NCBI GenBank assembly: GCA_963707215.1
Contig: CAVPPB010000003.1
Location: 128,001-192,000 of the forward strand
Origin: an uncultured Chloroflexia bacterium
Lineage (GTDB): Bacteria; Chloroflexota; Limnocylindria; Limnocylindrales; CSP1-4
Length of the DNA stretch: 64,000 bases
Reading direction: 5' to 3'
The position numbers and the translations under genes are program-made. Below are positions 19,913-28,881 of this stretch, in pieces (position 1 is the first letter of the stretch; each line of letters begins with the position of its first letter). A model generated the notes under the pieces. The model was not told the DNA's origin, searched no databases, and saw only the letters and a list, made by a program, of their open reading frames with translations.

Positions 19913-21439
19913 CTACTCCGCCTTCGCGTCTCCGAAGATCGTGTAGTGCCAGGGCTTCTCGGCCTCGCCGGTGAGCTCGATCATCACGTGCTTGACCTGG
20001 GTGTACTCCTCGAACGAGTACATCGACATGTCCTTGCCGAAGCCCGACTGCTTGAAGCCGCCGTGGGGCATCTCCGAGGCGACCATCAGGTGGTCATTGA
20101 CGAGGACATGACCGAAGTTGAGCTGCCGGGCGACGTTCATCGCGGTGAACACGTTCGTCGTCCAGACCGAGCTGGCCAGGCCGTAGATCGTGTCGTTGGC
20201 CATCTCGATCGCCTCGTCCATGGTGTCGAACGGCACGACGACCAGGACCGGCCCGAACACCTCGCGCTGGACGATCTCGCTGTCCTGGGCGGCGCCGGTG
20301 ATGAGCGTCGGCCGGTAGAACGCCCCGCCGTCGAAGCCCGGCACCGACGGCCGCTCGCCCCCACAGGCGATCGTCGCGCCGGCCTCGCGGGCCCGCTGGA
20401 CGAAGCCGTCGACCCGCTCGACCTGGGCGGTGCTGATGAGCGTGCCCAGGTCGGTGTCGGGCGCCATCGGGTCACCCACCCGGACCGACCCGAAGAGCTC
20501 GACCATCCGGGCCACCAGGCGATCGTGAACGGACCGCTCCACGTAGACCCGGGTGGCGGCCGTGCAGTCCTGGCCGCCGTTGATGAGGGCGCCGGCGGTG
20601 GCGCCACGGGCGGCGGCCTCCAGGTCGGCGTCGGAGAAGACGAGGAGCGGGGCCTTGCCACCGAGCTCGAGGTGGACCCGCTTGAGGTTCGCCGAGGCGA
20701 GGGCCATGATCCGCCGCCCGGTCTCCGAGTCGCCGGTCAGCGAGACGAGGTCGATGTCGCGATGGGCGGCGATGGCGGCCCCAACCACGTCACCACGGCC
20801 CGTGACGACGTTGAAGACGCCGTCGGGGAGGCCCGCCTCCTTCGCCAGCTCGGCGACACGGATGGCCGTCAGCGGGGTCGCCGTCGCCGGCTTCAGGACG
20901 ACCGAGTTGCCGGCCGCCAGCGCCGGCCCGATCTTCCAGGCGGTCATCCAGACCGGGTAGTTCCACGGAGCGACCTGGCCGACGACACCGATCGGTTCGC
21001 GGCGGACCATCGAGGTATGGCTGCCGCTGTACTCGGCGGCCGCCTTGCCCTCGAGATGGCGGACGGCGGTGGCGAAGAAGCGCAGGTTGTCGATGGTGAA
21101 CGGCAGGTCGCTCTCGCGGCGCAGCTTGAAGGCGGTCCCGGTCTGGGCCGTCTCGAGGGTCGCCAGCTCGTCGGCGTTCGCCTCGAGGAGATCGGCCAGC
21201 CTCAGAAGGACCGCGCTGCGCTCGGAGAGGAGCGCCCGGCTCCAGCTCCCGTCACCGAAGCTCCGACGGGCCGCCAGGACGGCCCGGTCCACGTCCGCCT
21301 CGGTCCCCGCCGGCGCCCGCCCGACGACCTGGCCCGAGGCCGGGCTGCGGACCTCGATCCACTTCCCGGACGACGCCTCCAGGGACCGGCCGTCGATGAA
21401 CATCCGCAGGTCGGGGCCGCTTCCGATCGCCATCGTCAT
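19913..21439 (-). CDS. Aldehyde dehydrogenase, aminobutyraldehyde dehydrogenase-like
   Basis: PWNYP, LELGGKAP, GQDCTA, EVFGPV, SEMPHGGFKQSGFGKDMS; GAGGAGG RBS. Confidence 0.92.
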   Translation of the reverse strand: MTMAIGSGPDLRMFIDGRSLEASSGKWIEVRSPASGQVVGRAPAGTEADVDRAVLAARRSFGDGSWSRALLSERSAVLLRLADLLEANADELATLETAQTGTAFKLRRESDLPFTIDNLRFFATAVRHLEGKAAAEYSGSHTSMVRREPIGVVGQVAPWNYPVWMTAWKIGPALAAGNSVVLKPATATPLTAIRVAELAKEAGLPDGVFNVVTGRGDVVGAAIAAHRDIDLVSLTGDSETGRRIMALASANLKRVHLELGGKAPLLVFSDADLEAAARGATAGALINGGQDCTAATRVYVERSVHDRLVARMVELFGSVRVGDPMAPDTDLGTLISTAQVERVDGFVQRAREAGATIACGGERPSVPGFDGGAFYRPTLITGAAQDSEIVQREVFGPVLVVVPFDTMDEAIEMANDTIYGLASSVWTTNVFTAMNVARQLNFGHVLVNDHLMVASEMPHGGFKQSGFGKDMSMYSFEEYTQVKHVMIELTGEAEKPWHYTIFGDAKAE

Positions 21440-21483
21440 GGTCCTCCTCGTGTGGTTCGCCGAGTCTAGGTAGCCCCCCGTCG

Positions 21484-21840
21484 TCAGCCCAGGGGGCGGG
21501 GCTCCAGCGGCACGTCCCAGTGCGCCTCCAGGAGCTCGAACCGGCGCCGCTCCTCGGCCGCGTAGCGCTCCTGGTCGGGGAAGAGCCGGCGGGCGATGTC
21601 GCCGTCGCTGTGCTCCTCCAGGGCCGCCCAGTCGCGATAGGTGATCGAGACCAGGACGTCCCAGGCCGCCTCCCCGGCACCGTGGAAGCGCGGCGTCCAC
21701 ATCTCCACCGCCGTGAAGCGACCAGCCTCCAGCTGCTCCTGGAGGACCGGCCAGTGGTTGCGCCGGAACAGCTCCACGAACTCGTCGTGGCCGCCCCAGC
21801 AGGTCCGGTAGAAGTAGAGCACCTCGACTGGCCGGTCCAT
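21484..21840 (-). CDS. Hypothetical protein (probable dimeric alpha-beta barrel fold)
   Basis: AGGAGG RBS; YFYR..WG..DEF.ELF..NH.P and WD motifs; in operon. Confidence 0.75.
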   Translation of the reverse strand: MDRPVEVLYFYRTCWGGHDEFVELFRRNHWPVLQEQLEAGRFTAVEMWTPRFHGAGEAAWDVLVSITYRDWAALEEHSDGDIARRLFPDQERYAAEERRRFELLEAHWDVPLEPRPLG

Positions 21841-21862
21841 CTCGTTCCTCCTGCCTGATCGC

Positions 21863-23086
21863 TCAGTCGTCGGCGCGCTCGCGCTCCAGCAAGGTCGCCG
21901 CGAACCCGGCCAGGGCGACGTCCTCCAGGGGCGGGTTGACGAGACCCGCGCGAGCATCACGGAATGCCCGCTCAAGGGGCCCGGCCAGGAAGCCCGGCCC
22001 GCCGGCGATCCGGAGCGCCTCGTCGGTCGCCTCGACGGCCGCACGCGTGGCGACCAGCTTCGCGAGCTGGACGTCGGCCAGCAAGGACGGGCGCGCGGCC
22101 GGCTCGGCCTCGTCCCAACGGCGGGCGACGTCGAGCAGGACCACGCGGGCCGCGCGCAACGTGGCATCCAGCCGGCCGAGGCGGAAGCGCACCGAGGGCA
22201 CGTCGGCGACGGCCGTCGAGCCGTCGCCCGGCCGACGCTCCAGCGCCCAGCGCGCTACGGCGCGCCTGGCTCCCTCCCCCACCCCGAGATACGCGGCTCC
22301 GGCGCACAGCCCGAACCAGGCCGCAGGATCCGGCCCGCGCGGATCGGGCATCCCGGGCGCTCGCCGCGACACCAGGGCATCGCCCTCGACATCGACGTCG
22401 ACGAGACGCAGGTGCCCCGACGCCGAGGCCCGCATGCCAAGGGACGGGTCGGCAGGGAGCCGCTCGACGCCGGGCGACGTCAGGTCGACGAGCAGGTTCC
22501 CGAGCTCGGGCGCCGAGGCCGGTCCGTCAGCGGGTGCCTCCAGGCGCACCGACACGACGGCCAGCCGGAGCGCGGGCAGCCAGGTCGTCCAGGCCTTCTC
22601 ACCGGTCAGCCGCCAGCCGGCATCGGTGGCCATGGCCGACGTCGCCGGCAGGGCCCCACGGGCGGGTGAGCCCCCGGCCTCCTCGGTCGCCGCGGAGTTG
22701 ACGAGCGCCCCCTCGTCACGGACGAGCCGGACCAGCCGGTCCAGGGCCGCCGGAGCCCAGCCCGCGCCTCCCACCGCCGAGCCGACGACGTGGAGATGCA
22801 TCGCGAAGCCGAGCGCAGCGGAGCCATCCACGGCCCCGATCACCGCCAGGACCCGGGCAGCCAGGGCGACGGTGGGGCCATGCCCGCCGTCCCCGGGGGC
22901 CAGCGGGAGCCGGTGCAGCCCCGCCTCGACCAGGGCCGCCGGGACGGCCGGGTCGAAGGCTTCCGACGCACTGGCGGCCTGGATCCTCGGGAGGGCGCGT
23001 CGCAGCGCTGCCGCGACCTCGGCCGGCAGGTCGGTGGGCACCTGCGGCGGCGCCGGGCGAACGCGCGCCCCGGGGATCTCGCTCAC
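21863..23086 (-). CDS. Acyl-CoA dehydrogenase family protein (monooxygenase-like subgroup)
   Basis: GSPARGALP, GEKAWTT, LGMRASAS, LERAFRDARAG; GTGA overlap with upstream gene. Confidence 0.87.
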   Translation of the reverse strand: MSEIPGARVRPAPPQVPTDLPAEVAAALRRALPRIQAASASEAFDPAVPAALVEAGLHRLPLAPGDGGHGPTVALAARVLAVIGAVDGSAALGFAMHLHVVGSAVGGAGWAPAALDRLVRLVRDEGALVNSAATEEAGGSPARGALPATSAMATDAGWRLTGEKAWTTWLPALRLAVVSVRLEAPADGPASAPELGNLLVDLTSPGVERLPADPSLGMRASASGHLRLVDVDVEGDALVSRRAPGMPDPRGPDPAAWFGLCAGAAYLGVGEGARRAVARWALERRPGDGSTAVADVPSVRFRLGRLDATLRAARVVLLDVARRWDEAEPAARPSLLADVQLAKLVATRAAVEATDEALRIAGGPGFLAGPLERAFRDARAGLVNPPLEDVALAGFAATLLERERADD

Positions 23087-24660
23087 TCGCCGGCTCCACC
23101 GGTGTCCGGTCGCGACCGATCGGACCAGCGCCCCTCGATCTCGTCGATCGCCAACGTGGCGGCGGCCTCGCGCAGCAGCTCCCAGCAGCGCGCCACGTGC
23201 CGCTCCTCGGTCCGCAGGTTGCCGATCGACACGCGGATCGTGAAGCGATCGGCGAGCCGGGTGTGGGACAGGAACACCTCGCCGGTCCGGTTCACCGCGT
23301 CGAGGATGGTCGCGTTCGCCGCGTCGAGCCTCGCTTCGATCCCCGGCTCGTCCTCGCGACCGGCCCACGCGGCCGGCCGCCACCGGAAGCAGGTGGTCGA
23401 GAACGGCGCCGGCGCCAGGAGCTCCCAATCCGGATCCGCGTCAACCCAGGCGGTGAACAGTCGCGACAGCTCCAGATGGTGCCGCAGGCGTCGTCGGATG
23501 CCCTCGAGCCCGAACCAGCGAAGCTGGACCCAGAGTTTCAGCGCCCGGAAGCGGCGACCAAGCTGGGGCGTGTACTCGTTGATGTCCCGGACCGGTGCCT
23601 CGCGGTCGAGGGTCCGCAGGTACTCGGGCACGAGGCTGAAGGCCGCCCGCAGGTCGGGCATCCGGCGGGTCAGCAGGAGGGATGCGTCGAGCGGGGTGAA
23701 GAGCCACTTGTGCGGATTCACCACGATCGAGTGGGCTCGCTCCCAGCCCCTGAAGCTGGCCGCTTCCTCCGGCAGCATCGCCAGGACCCCCGCGTAGGCC
23801 GCATCGACGTGGAGCCACAGGTCCTCGCGGGCCGCCACATCGGCGATCGCGTCCACCGGGTCGACCGACGTCGACGAGGTCGTGCCCAGGGTCGCCACGA
23901 CGGCGATCGGGAGCCGCCCGGCGGCCCGGTCCCGGGCGATGGACTCGTCAAGCAGATCGACCCGGAGGCGATACTCGTCGTCGACCGGGACCCGGACGAC
24001 GGCGTCGCGTCCGAGCCCCAGGGTCATCGCCGCCTTCTCGATCGAGGAATGCGCCTCGGTCGATGCGTAGACCCGGAGCGCTGGCACGTCCGCTCGCCCC
24101 GGCAGGCCCTCGGCCGCGACCGCGAGCCCTGCCGCCTCACGAGCGGCGGCCAGCGCGATCAGGGACGATGTCGACGCCGTGTCGGTGATGAAGCCGTCGA
24201 ATGACGCGGGCAGGTCGAGCGCCTGGCGCAGCCAGCCGACGACGACGATCTCGAGCTCGGTCCCGATCGGCGAGGTCCGCCAGAGCATGGGGTTCTGGCC
24301 GAGGGCGGCGGTCAGCATCTCGCCCAGGATCCCCGGCCCCGAGGCGGTGGTGGCGAAGTAGGCCATGAATCCGGGGTGCTGCCACTGGGTCGCGTTCGGG
24401 GCGACGAGCGACCGGACATCGGCGAGGACGTCCGCAAGGGGTTCGGGAGCCTCGGGCGGTTCGGCCGGGAAGCGCGGGGCCAGGGTGCCTGGCTCGATCG
24501 CCGGGAAGACGGCATACGTCTCGATATCGCGCAGGTAGTCGGCCATCAGGTCGACGACCTCGTGGCCAGCCGAGCGGAACGCCTCGGGGTCCATGTCGAG
24601 CAGTCCGTCGAGCTGCTCCGGGTCGAGTCGGGCGGCGGCCGGATCGCGGTCGTCAAGCAC
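23083..24660 (-). CDS. PLP-dependent group II decarboxylase (aromatic-L-amino-acid decarboxylase-like)
   Basis: WQHPGFMAYF, HVDAAYAG, NPHKWL, LGRRFRALKLW. Confidence 0.93.
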   Translation of the reverse strand: MLDDRDPAAARLDPEQLDGLLDMDPEAFRSAGHEVVDLMADYLRDIETYAVFPAIEPGTLAPRFPAEPPEAPEPLADVLADVRSLVAPNATQWQHPGFMAYFATTASGPGILGEMLTAALGQNPMLWRTSPIGTELEIVVVGWLRQALDLPASFDGFITDTASTSSLIALAAAREAAGLAVAAEGLPGRADVPALRVYASTEAHSSIEKAAMTLGLGRDAVVRVPVDDEYRLRVDLLDESIARDRAAGRLPIAVVATLGTTSSTSVDPVDAIADVAAREDLWLHVDAAYAGVLAMLPEEAASFRGWERAHSIVVNPHKWLFTPLDASLLLTRRMPDLRAAFSLVPEYLRTLDREAPVRDINEYTPQLGRRFRALKLWVQLRWFGLEGIRRRLRHHLELSRLFTAWVDADPDWELLAPAPFSTTCFRWRPAAWAGREDEPGIEARLDAANATILDAVNRTGEVFLSHTRLADRFTIRVSIGNLRTEERHVARCWELLREAAATLAIDEIEGRWSDRSRPDTGGAGE

Positions 24661-24734
24661 GGTCCGAGTCTACGGCCTCTGGGCGTGACGGGACCGCGCG
24701 GGCCCACGGGCCGGCAGGCCGGTCACCGAGCGCG

Positions 24735-24986
24735 TCAGTCCTGATCGGCGTCCTCGACCGAGTGGTGCGGATCGGCCTCCGGGTGGCCGCAGACCGCGCA
24801 GACGTGCGCCTCGTAGGAGCTGTCGTCCATCCAGACCCAGCCCCCGGCCCCACGCCCCGACCGCTGCGTGCCGCCACCGACGAACGGATGGCCGGCGTGC
24901 GGGGCGGTCGGAGTATGGCCGGTGGCAGGGCCGCGATGGAGGATGCGGTCCACGATCCCCGGCTGCGGCGCCTCGGGCTTCGACAT
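24735..24986 (-). CDS. Small His/Cys-rich hypothetical protein
   Basis: GGAGG RBS; HVCAVCGHPEADPHH possible metal site. Confidence 0.6.
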   Translation of the reverse strand: MSKPEAPQPGIVDRILHRGPATGHTPTAPHAGHPFVGGGTQRSGRGAGGWVWMDDSSYEAHVCAVCGHPEADPHHSVEDADQD

Positions 24987-25127
24987 GGTTCAGCCTCCGC
25001 GACGATCGTCGGACCGGGGGCCGCGGACCGATAGAGCCGGTCGGCCGGACCTGCGGTGGGCCGCCCCGGGCGATCCGATCCCGACCTCGAGACGCGACGC
25101 GGCAGGCGGGGACCCTGCCGGACCGGA

Positions 25128-25484
25128 TCAGCCTACGGCGACGACGGCCTCGCTCCACTCCTGCATGGAACGCATCACCCCGCCATCCACGTAGGCGTCC
25201 ACGACGCCGAAGCCCTCGAGACAGATCCCGGCACGAAGCACCAAACTCCTGAACTCCGGTGTCATGCGGAGGCGTCCCAGGCGCTCTGGATCGCCGCGCA
25301 GGAGGGCGAAGCCGCCGAGGTCGCCACCGTGGGCCGACAGGAGGACGAGCTCGAAGCTCTCGATCTCGCCCGCTGCCTGGAGCCCGTTCCAGTAGGCGAC
25401 CCCTTCCTGGAACAACTTGCCAGCTGCCGCTTCCTTGCCGGAGCGCGAGGCGCCCCACCCGATGAAGAGCCCGCTATCTGCCAT
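25128..25484 (-). CDS. Hypothetical protein
   Basis: GGAGG RBS; MADSGLFIGWG...GKE, HGGDLGGF motifs. Confidence 0.8.
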   Translation of the reverse strand: MADSGLFIGWGASRSGKEAAAGKLFQEGVAYWNGLQAAGEIESFELVLLSAHGGDLGGFALLRGDPERLGRLRMTPEFRSLVLRAGICLEGFGVVDAYVDGGVMRSMQEWSEAVVAVG

Positions 25485-25589
25485 GGCGTCCTCCCGGAAC
25501 GGATGTGCGCGGGTCGGTCTCGCCAGTGGCTCGGCACGGTCCGGTTCAGCGGCCGTGGGCTCAGGATCGTGCGTCGATGCCCCCCGCGC

Positions 25590-25650
25590 TAAGGTGGTCA
25601 GGGTGCCGGTAGGCGACGCCTCGCCTGGAGGCCGATGTACCGAACGACCC
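25590..25650 (-). promoter_or_regulatory. Divergent copy of the 63-bp conserved promoter-like element
   Basis: CGTTCGGTACATCGGCCTC...ACCGGCACCCTGACCACCTTA, similar to copies at 26756, 28242 and 56130. Confidence 0.6.
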
Positions 25651-25674
25651 CAGTGGAACGCCCGGGGGGTCGCC

Positions 25675-26211
25675 TCAGGCAGTCGCGGGACGTCGCTGCG
25701 CGAAGACCAGGGTGAGGAAGGTCCATCCGGCGCCGAGCAGGTACAGCACCACCAGCGCGTAGTAGAGCGCTGCCTCGAGCTCCGGCACGACACCCACGAT
25801 GATGACGATCGGCGTGAGCGTCCACAGGGCCATGAGGAGGAGGTAGGCCACCCACACCGTTGCCGCGATCCACCGCGGGCTCGAACCTGCCCGCTCCTCC
25901 ACCGGCTCCTCAGCCCAGACCGCCCGGGACTCGGGCGCCCGGAAGATCGCGGCGAGATTGACGAGCCAGGCGACCAGGACCACGGCACTGCTCAGCGCCC
26001 ACACCTCGTGCTCCGTCAGGTCGAAGCGACCGAAGGCCCCGGGGGTGAGGCCCGCGATGATCGTCAGCATCCCCATCGACACCACGACCCGCATCGGCGC
26101 GACCTCCCGGGGCTCGGTCGGCCCGCCGCTGCGCAGGGCGATGAGCGCCCCGAAGCCGACGAACACGCCGGCGATCTCCGCCAGGGGGATCAACATCTCG
26201 GTGTCCGCCAT
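25675..26211 (-). CDS. Hypothetical integral membrane protein
   Basis: LAEIAGVFVGFGALI N-terminus, about 5 TM helices, GGAGG RBS. Confidence 0.8.
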   Translation of the reverse strand: MADTEMLIPLAEIAGVFVGFGALIALRSGGPTEPREVAPMRVVVSMGMLTIIAGLTPGAFGRFDLTEHEVWALSSAVVLVAWLVNLAAIFRAPESRAVWAEEPVEERAGSSPRWIAATVWVAYLLLMALWTLTPIVIIVGVVPELEAALYYALVVLYLLGAGWTFLTLVFAQRRPATA

Positions 26212-26731
26212 GACCGCACCTCCCGCACCCGTGCTCGACTCGATGGGCGGGAGTGTCGGCCGGTCGGCGGTCCCTCGACCAGATGCGGAGGTCGCGAAGC
26301 GTCCGCCGCCGCCCGCCCTTAGGCTGGTCATCCCCCGGCGCAATCGCCGCCGGGTCGCCCTTGGCCGCCGGGTGGGGTCGCGCCGACCGGCGCGCCGCCG
26401 GGGTCGGCGCCCGATCGTTCCAACCCTTCGGCCGTATCAAGACCGCGGCGTCAACGAGGCGCTGCAATCAGCCGTTGGGGGTTGCCGTGGGATAGGCCGT
26501 TCCAGGCGCAGCTGGGCGAGAGGACAGGCCCGGATGGACGCTGGCCGCCGCACCGCCCGCGACCGCAACGGCTTCGAGGGCATCCTCGTGGCCGGCCACG
26601 TCGGTCCCCATGTGGCCTCCAGGGTGATCCGGAGCTGGGTCGACGAGCCCACCCCGCCCACCGAGAAGGAGTCGGCAGGCGTACTGGCCGAGGAAGCCAC
26701 GACGGCAACCCCGGATCAACCCCACGGTCCT

Positions 26732-26754
26732 GACTAGCCCACGACCGGGCGACG
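26732..26754 (-). repeat. Partial inverted copy of the 33-bp inter-cassette repeat
   Basis: GACTAGCCCACGACCGGGCGACG versus GACCAGCCCACGGCCGGGCGACG (2 mismatches in 23). Confidence 0.65.
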
Positions 26755-26755
26755 C

Positions 26756-26818
26756 CGTCCGTTCAGGCCCTCAGCCTCTTGCCCGGTACGTTCCACGACC
26801 GGCACCCTGACCGCCATG
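26756..26818 (+). promoter_or_regulatory. 63-bp conserved promoter-like element
   Basis: Ungapped match to the elements at 28242-28304(-) and 56130-56192(-). Confidence 0.75.
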
Positions 26819-26886
26819 GCACGGGGGCGCTGCGGTCTCTCCTGACCAGCCCGCCTCGCGACGAGGCGTCCCGGGAGGGACATGAA

Positions 26887-27426
26887 GTGCGCAGGATCGC
26901 GGCGCTTGCAGCAGCGATCGGACTGCTTGCCGGCGTCGCCGGACCTGGCTTGGTGCTGGCCGCACGGTCAACACCGAGCTTCGTCGGTGACTTCGCCGTG
27001 TTCTGGGATACGGGAGGTGTGTCCCATCCGCTTGGTCGGCTCCACGCGCAGCTGTCGGTGCCAGATGAGCGACAACTCGTCCCGGGAACCTATGACCTCA
27101 CGAGGGCTGGGGCCGAGACCCACGCGATCTTCGGGGACGCCGCGTTCTGGCTCGACCCTGACTACAAGGGCGGTGCGAGAGTCGCCTTCGGTGAGGGTGT
27201 CGAATGCCACTTCTGGAGCTTCCCCGGGGGCGCTGCGTCGGAATGTGGCGTCCACGCCGTCATGTTCATCGATGTGCTCGACCCATCGGAGCCAGATGAG
27301 GTCGCCTTCTCCTGGTACTACGACCAGAACGGCTGGTTCTTCGAGTGGAGGAGGGTGGGTTCCGGCTCCTTCCAGATGCTGGGAGACTTCCCGACGGAGT
27401 GCCCGTTCTACACCTGCCCGCTATGA
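26887..27426 (+). CDS. Secreted hypothetical protein
   Basis: Signal peptide VRRIAALAAAIGLLAGVAGPGLVLA; GGAGG RBS; four Cys. Confidence 0.75.
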   Translation: MRRIAALAAAIGLLAGVAGPGLVLAARSTPSFVGDFAVFWDTGGVSHPLGRLHAQLSVPDERQLVPGTYDLTRAGAETHAIFGDAAFWLDPDYKGGARVAFGEGVECHFWSFPGGAASECGVHAVMFIDVLDPSEPDEVAFSWYYDQNGWFFEWRRVGSGSFQMLGDFPTECPFYTCPL

Positions 27427-27660
27427 CTGAGCCTCAAGGCGCTCGTCGCTGAGGGAGCGCCGCTCCTTCGCCCACTCATCCAAGCCTCCCCAGATCGCCG
27501 AGGTCCCGCGCTGACCGCCCTCGGCCTCGGGCTAGCGCCTCCCAGGCTGCCACGGCCTCCTCGCCCGCCTCCGGGGGCAATCCGGGCGACGTCACGGAAC
27601 CGGGCGACCTGGGCCGCTCGATGCCGGCTACGGCCCAGGAGCGGCCAAGGCGCCGATGGT
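27421..27660 (-). pseudogene. Frameshifted paralogue of small protein 57889..58113
   Basis: Fragments HRAAQVARFRD / GLPPEAGEEAVAAWEALA / EAEGGQRGTSAIWGGLDEWAKE align with GRAAHLPRLVD / GYAPGAAEKAMVAWEARA / DAEGRERGEGAFWDGIEAWAAE; left-hand (5') boundary approximate. Confidence 0.6.
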
Positions 27661-27728
27661 GGCGCGGAAGGGCGCTCTGGGCGGGCCCCAGGCGAGTGGG
27701 CGGCTCGGTGTCTTGCCCGGGCCCGTGC

Positions 27729-28244
27729 CTAGTCGGCCGGCAGCGACCGCAAGTAGTCGGCGAGGTCCTCGAGGTCCTGCGAGGACAGCTGCCATCGCGG
27801 CATGTCCGGGTCGAGCGGATCGCCGTCGGGGTGCTGGCCGTCGATGACGGCCCGCCCGAACGTCTCGAGGTCGTACCCCTCGTGGTCAGCCTCGTCGCCG
27901 TGCTCCTCGTCCTCATGGGCGGCGAGCACCGCCCAGCGGATGTCGGGGGCGTCCATCACCTCCATGTGCATCATGTGGATGCCGCCTCGCGCATCGGGGG
28001 CGTGACAGGAGGCGCAGGAGAGGCGCCCAGACATCATCATCCCGCCGATGTCGGGGCCGCCGGTGTAGTCGATCGACCCCGCGCGCTCGCTGGTCCCGGT
28101 GAAGTAGATGCGCTCCCCGTTCGACTCGAACGCCCCGTCGCCCCATGCCGTGCCGGATGGCCCGCAGGCGGCCAGAATCATCAAGGTGGTCGCTACGAGT
28201 CCGACGGCACGAGCGAGATCGCGCGGTCCGGACCTCGTGCGCAT
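27729..28244 (-). CDS. Cytochrome c lipoprotein (monoheme)
   Basis: Lipobox LAAC, CASCH heme motif, MPRW axial Met, DLADYLRSL. Confidence 0.9.
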   Translation of the reverse strand: MRTRSGPRDLARAVGLVATTLMILAACGPSGTAWGDGAFESNGERIYFTGTSERAGSIDYTGGPDIGGMMMSGRLSCASCHAPDARGGIHMMHMEVMDAPDIRWAVLAAHEDEEHGDEADHEGYDLETFGRAVIDGQHPDGDPLDPDMPRWQLSSQDLEDLADYLRSLPAD

Positions 28245-28304
28245 GGGACTCAGGGTGTCGGCCGTGGGACGCACCGGTCCAGAGGCAGAGGGCCCGATCG
28301 GACG
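28242..28304 (-). promoter_or_regulatory. 63-bp conserved promoter-like element ending in the cytochrome c ATG (leaderless)
   Basis: CGTCCGATCGGGCCCTCTGCCTCTGGACCGGTGCGTCCCACGGCCGACACCCTGAGTCCCATG. Confidence 0.75.
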
Positions 28305-28804
28305 CCGTCGCTGGACCGGCGGTCGGTCGGAGCCGGGGCCGTGGGCGAGACGCCAGATGGCCCAGCTCACAGGACGCTGCGCCTGCCAGGCCGCGAGGCC
28401 GAGCGACACATCTCGTGGGTCGCCGGGTCCACGGAGCCCGGCTGCGCGATCGCGCGATGACGAGGAAGCCGTCCAGGGAGTCGCGGAGCTGGTCAAGGTC
28501 ACGAACGGGTAGTCGGCGCGAAGTCGAACCGGGGGGAGAGGGACACTCCTCCCCCATGCGGCCGCGCGTCCAGGATGCTCCCCCTCCCCCGGGGTGGTCG
28601 TTAACCCGGGATCGGCCCCCTCTCTCTGAGAGCTCGAGGATGGCCCAGGACCCCCGCCAGGCGCCACGGAGGTGGTGACTTCTGACGGCCGCGAGACGCC
28701 ACGACTACCGATCCGGACCGTCTGTCACGCTCCCGACGGCTGCCACGGAGCCCCCGACGGGCTGGCCAAGTGGGCCGGAGAGGGCCGTTTCGTGCGTGGA
28801 TCGG

Positions 28805-28881
28805 TGGTCGGGGCGACTGGATTCGAACCAGCGACCTCCTGAACCCCATTCAGGTGCGCTACCAGGCTGCGCCACGCCCCG
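28805..28881 (-). tRNA. tRNA-Pro (anticodon GGG)
   Basis: CGGGGCGTGGCGCAGCCTGGTAGCGCA-CCTGA-ATGGGGT-TCAGG...GGTTCGAATCC...CCCCGACCA; TAGACT -10 box upstream. Confidence 0.96.

Noticed and set aside
25520-25535. GAGCCACTGG as part of a cobalamin riboswitch (also near 54285)
   Set aside because: The other conserved cobalamin riboswitch elements are not visible, and the downstream genes are not B12-related.
25659-25676. CGCCCGGGGGGTCGCCTC (and similar near 28335 and 58113) as further repeat copies
   Set aside because: Too short or degenerate to distinguish from chance at this GC content.
26437-26737. Short ORFs in the 26.4-26.7 kb gap
   Set aside because: No frame gives a convincing protein, start signal or motif.
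24700-28804. Intact integrative element at tRNA-Pro
   Set aside because: No integrase and no duplicated tRNA 3' end found by eye; only accessory gene content supports it.
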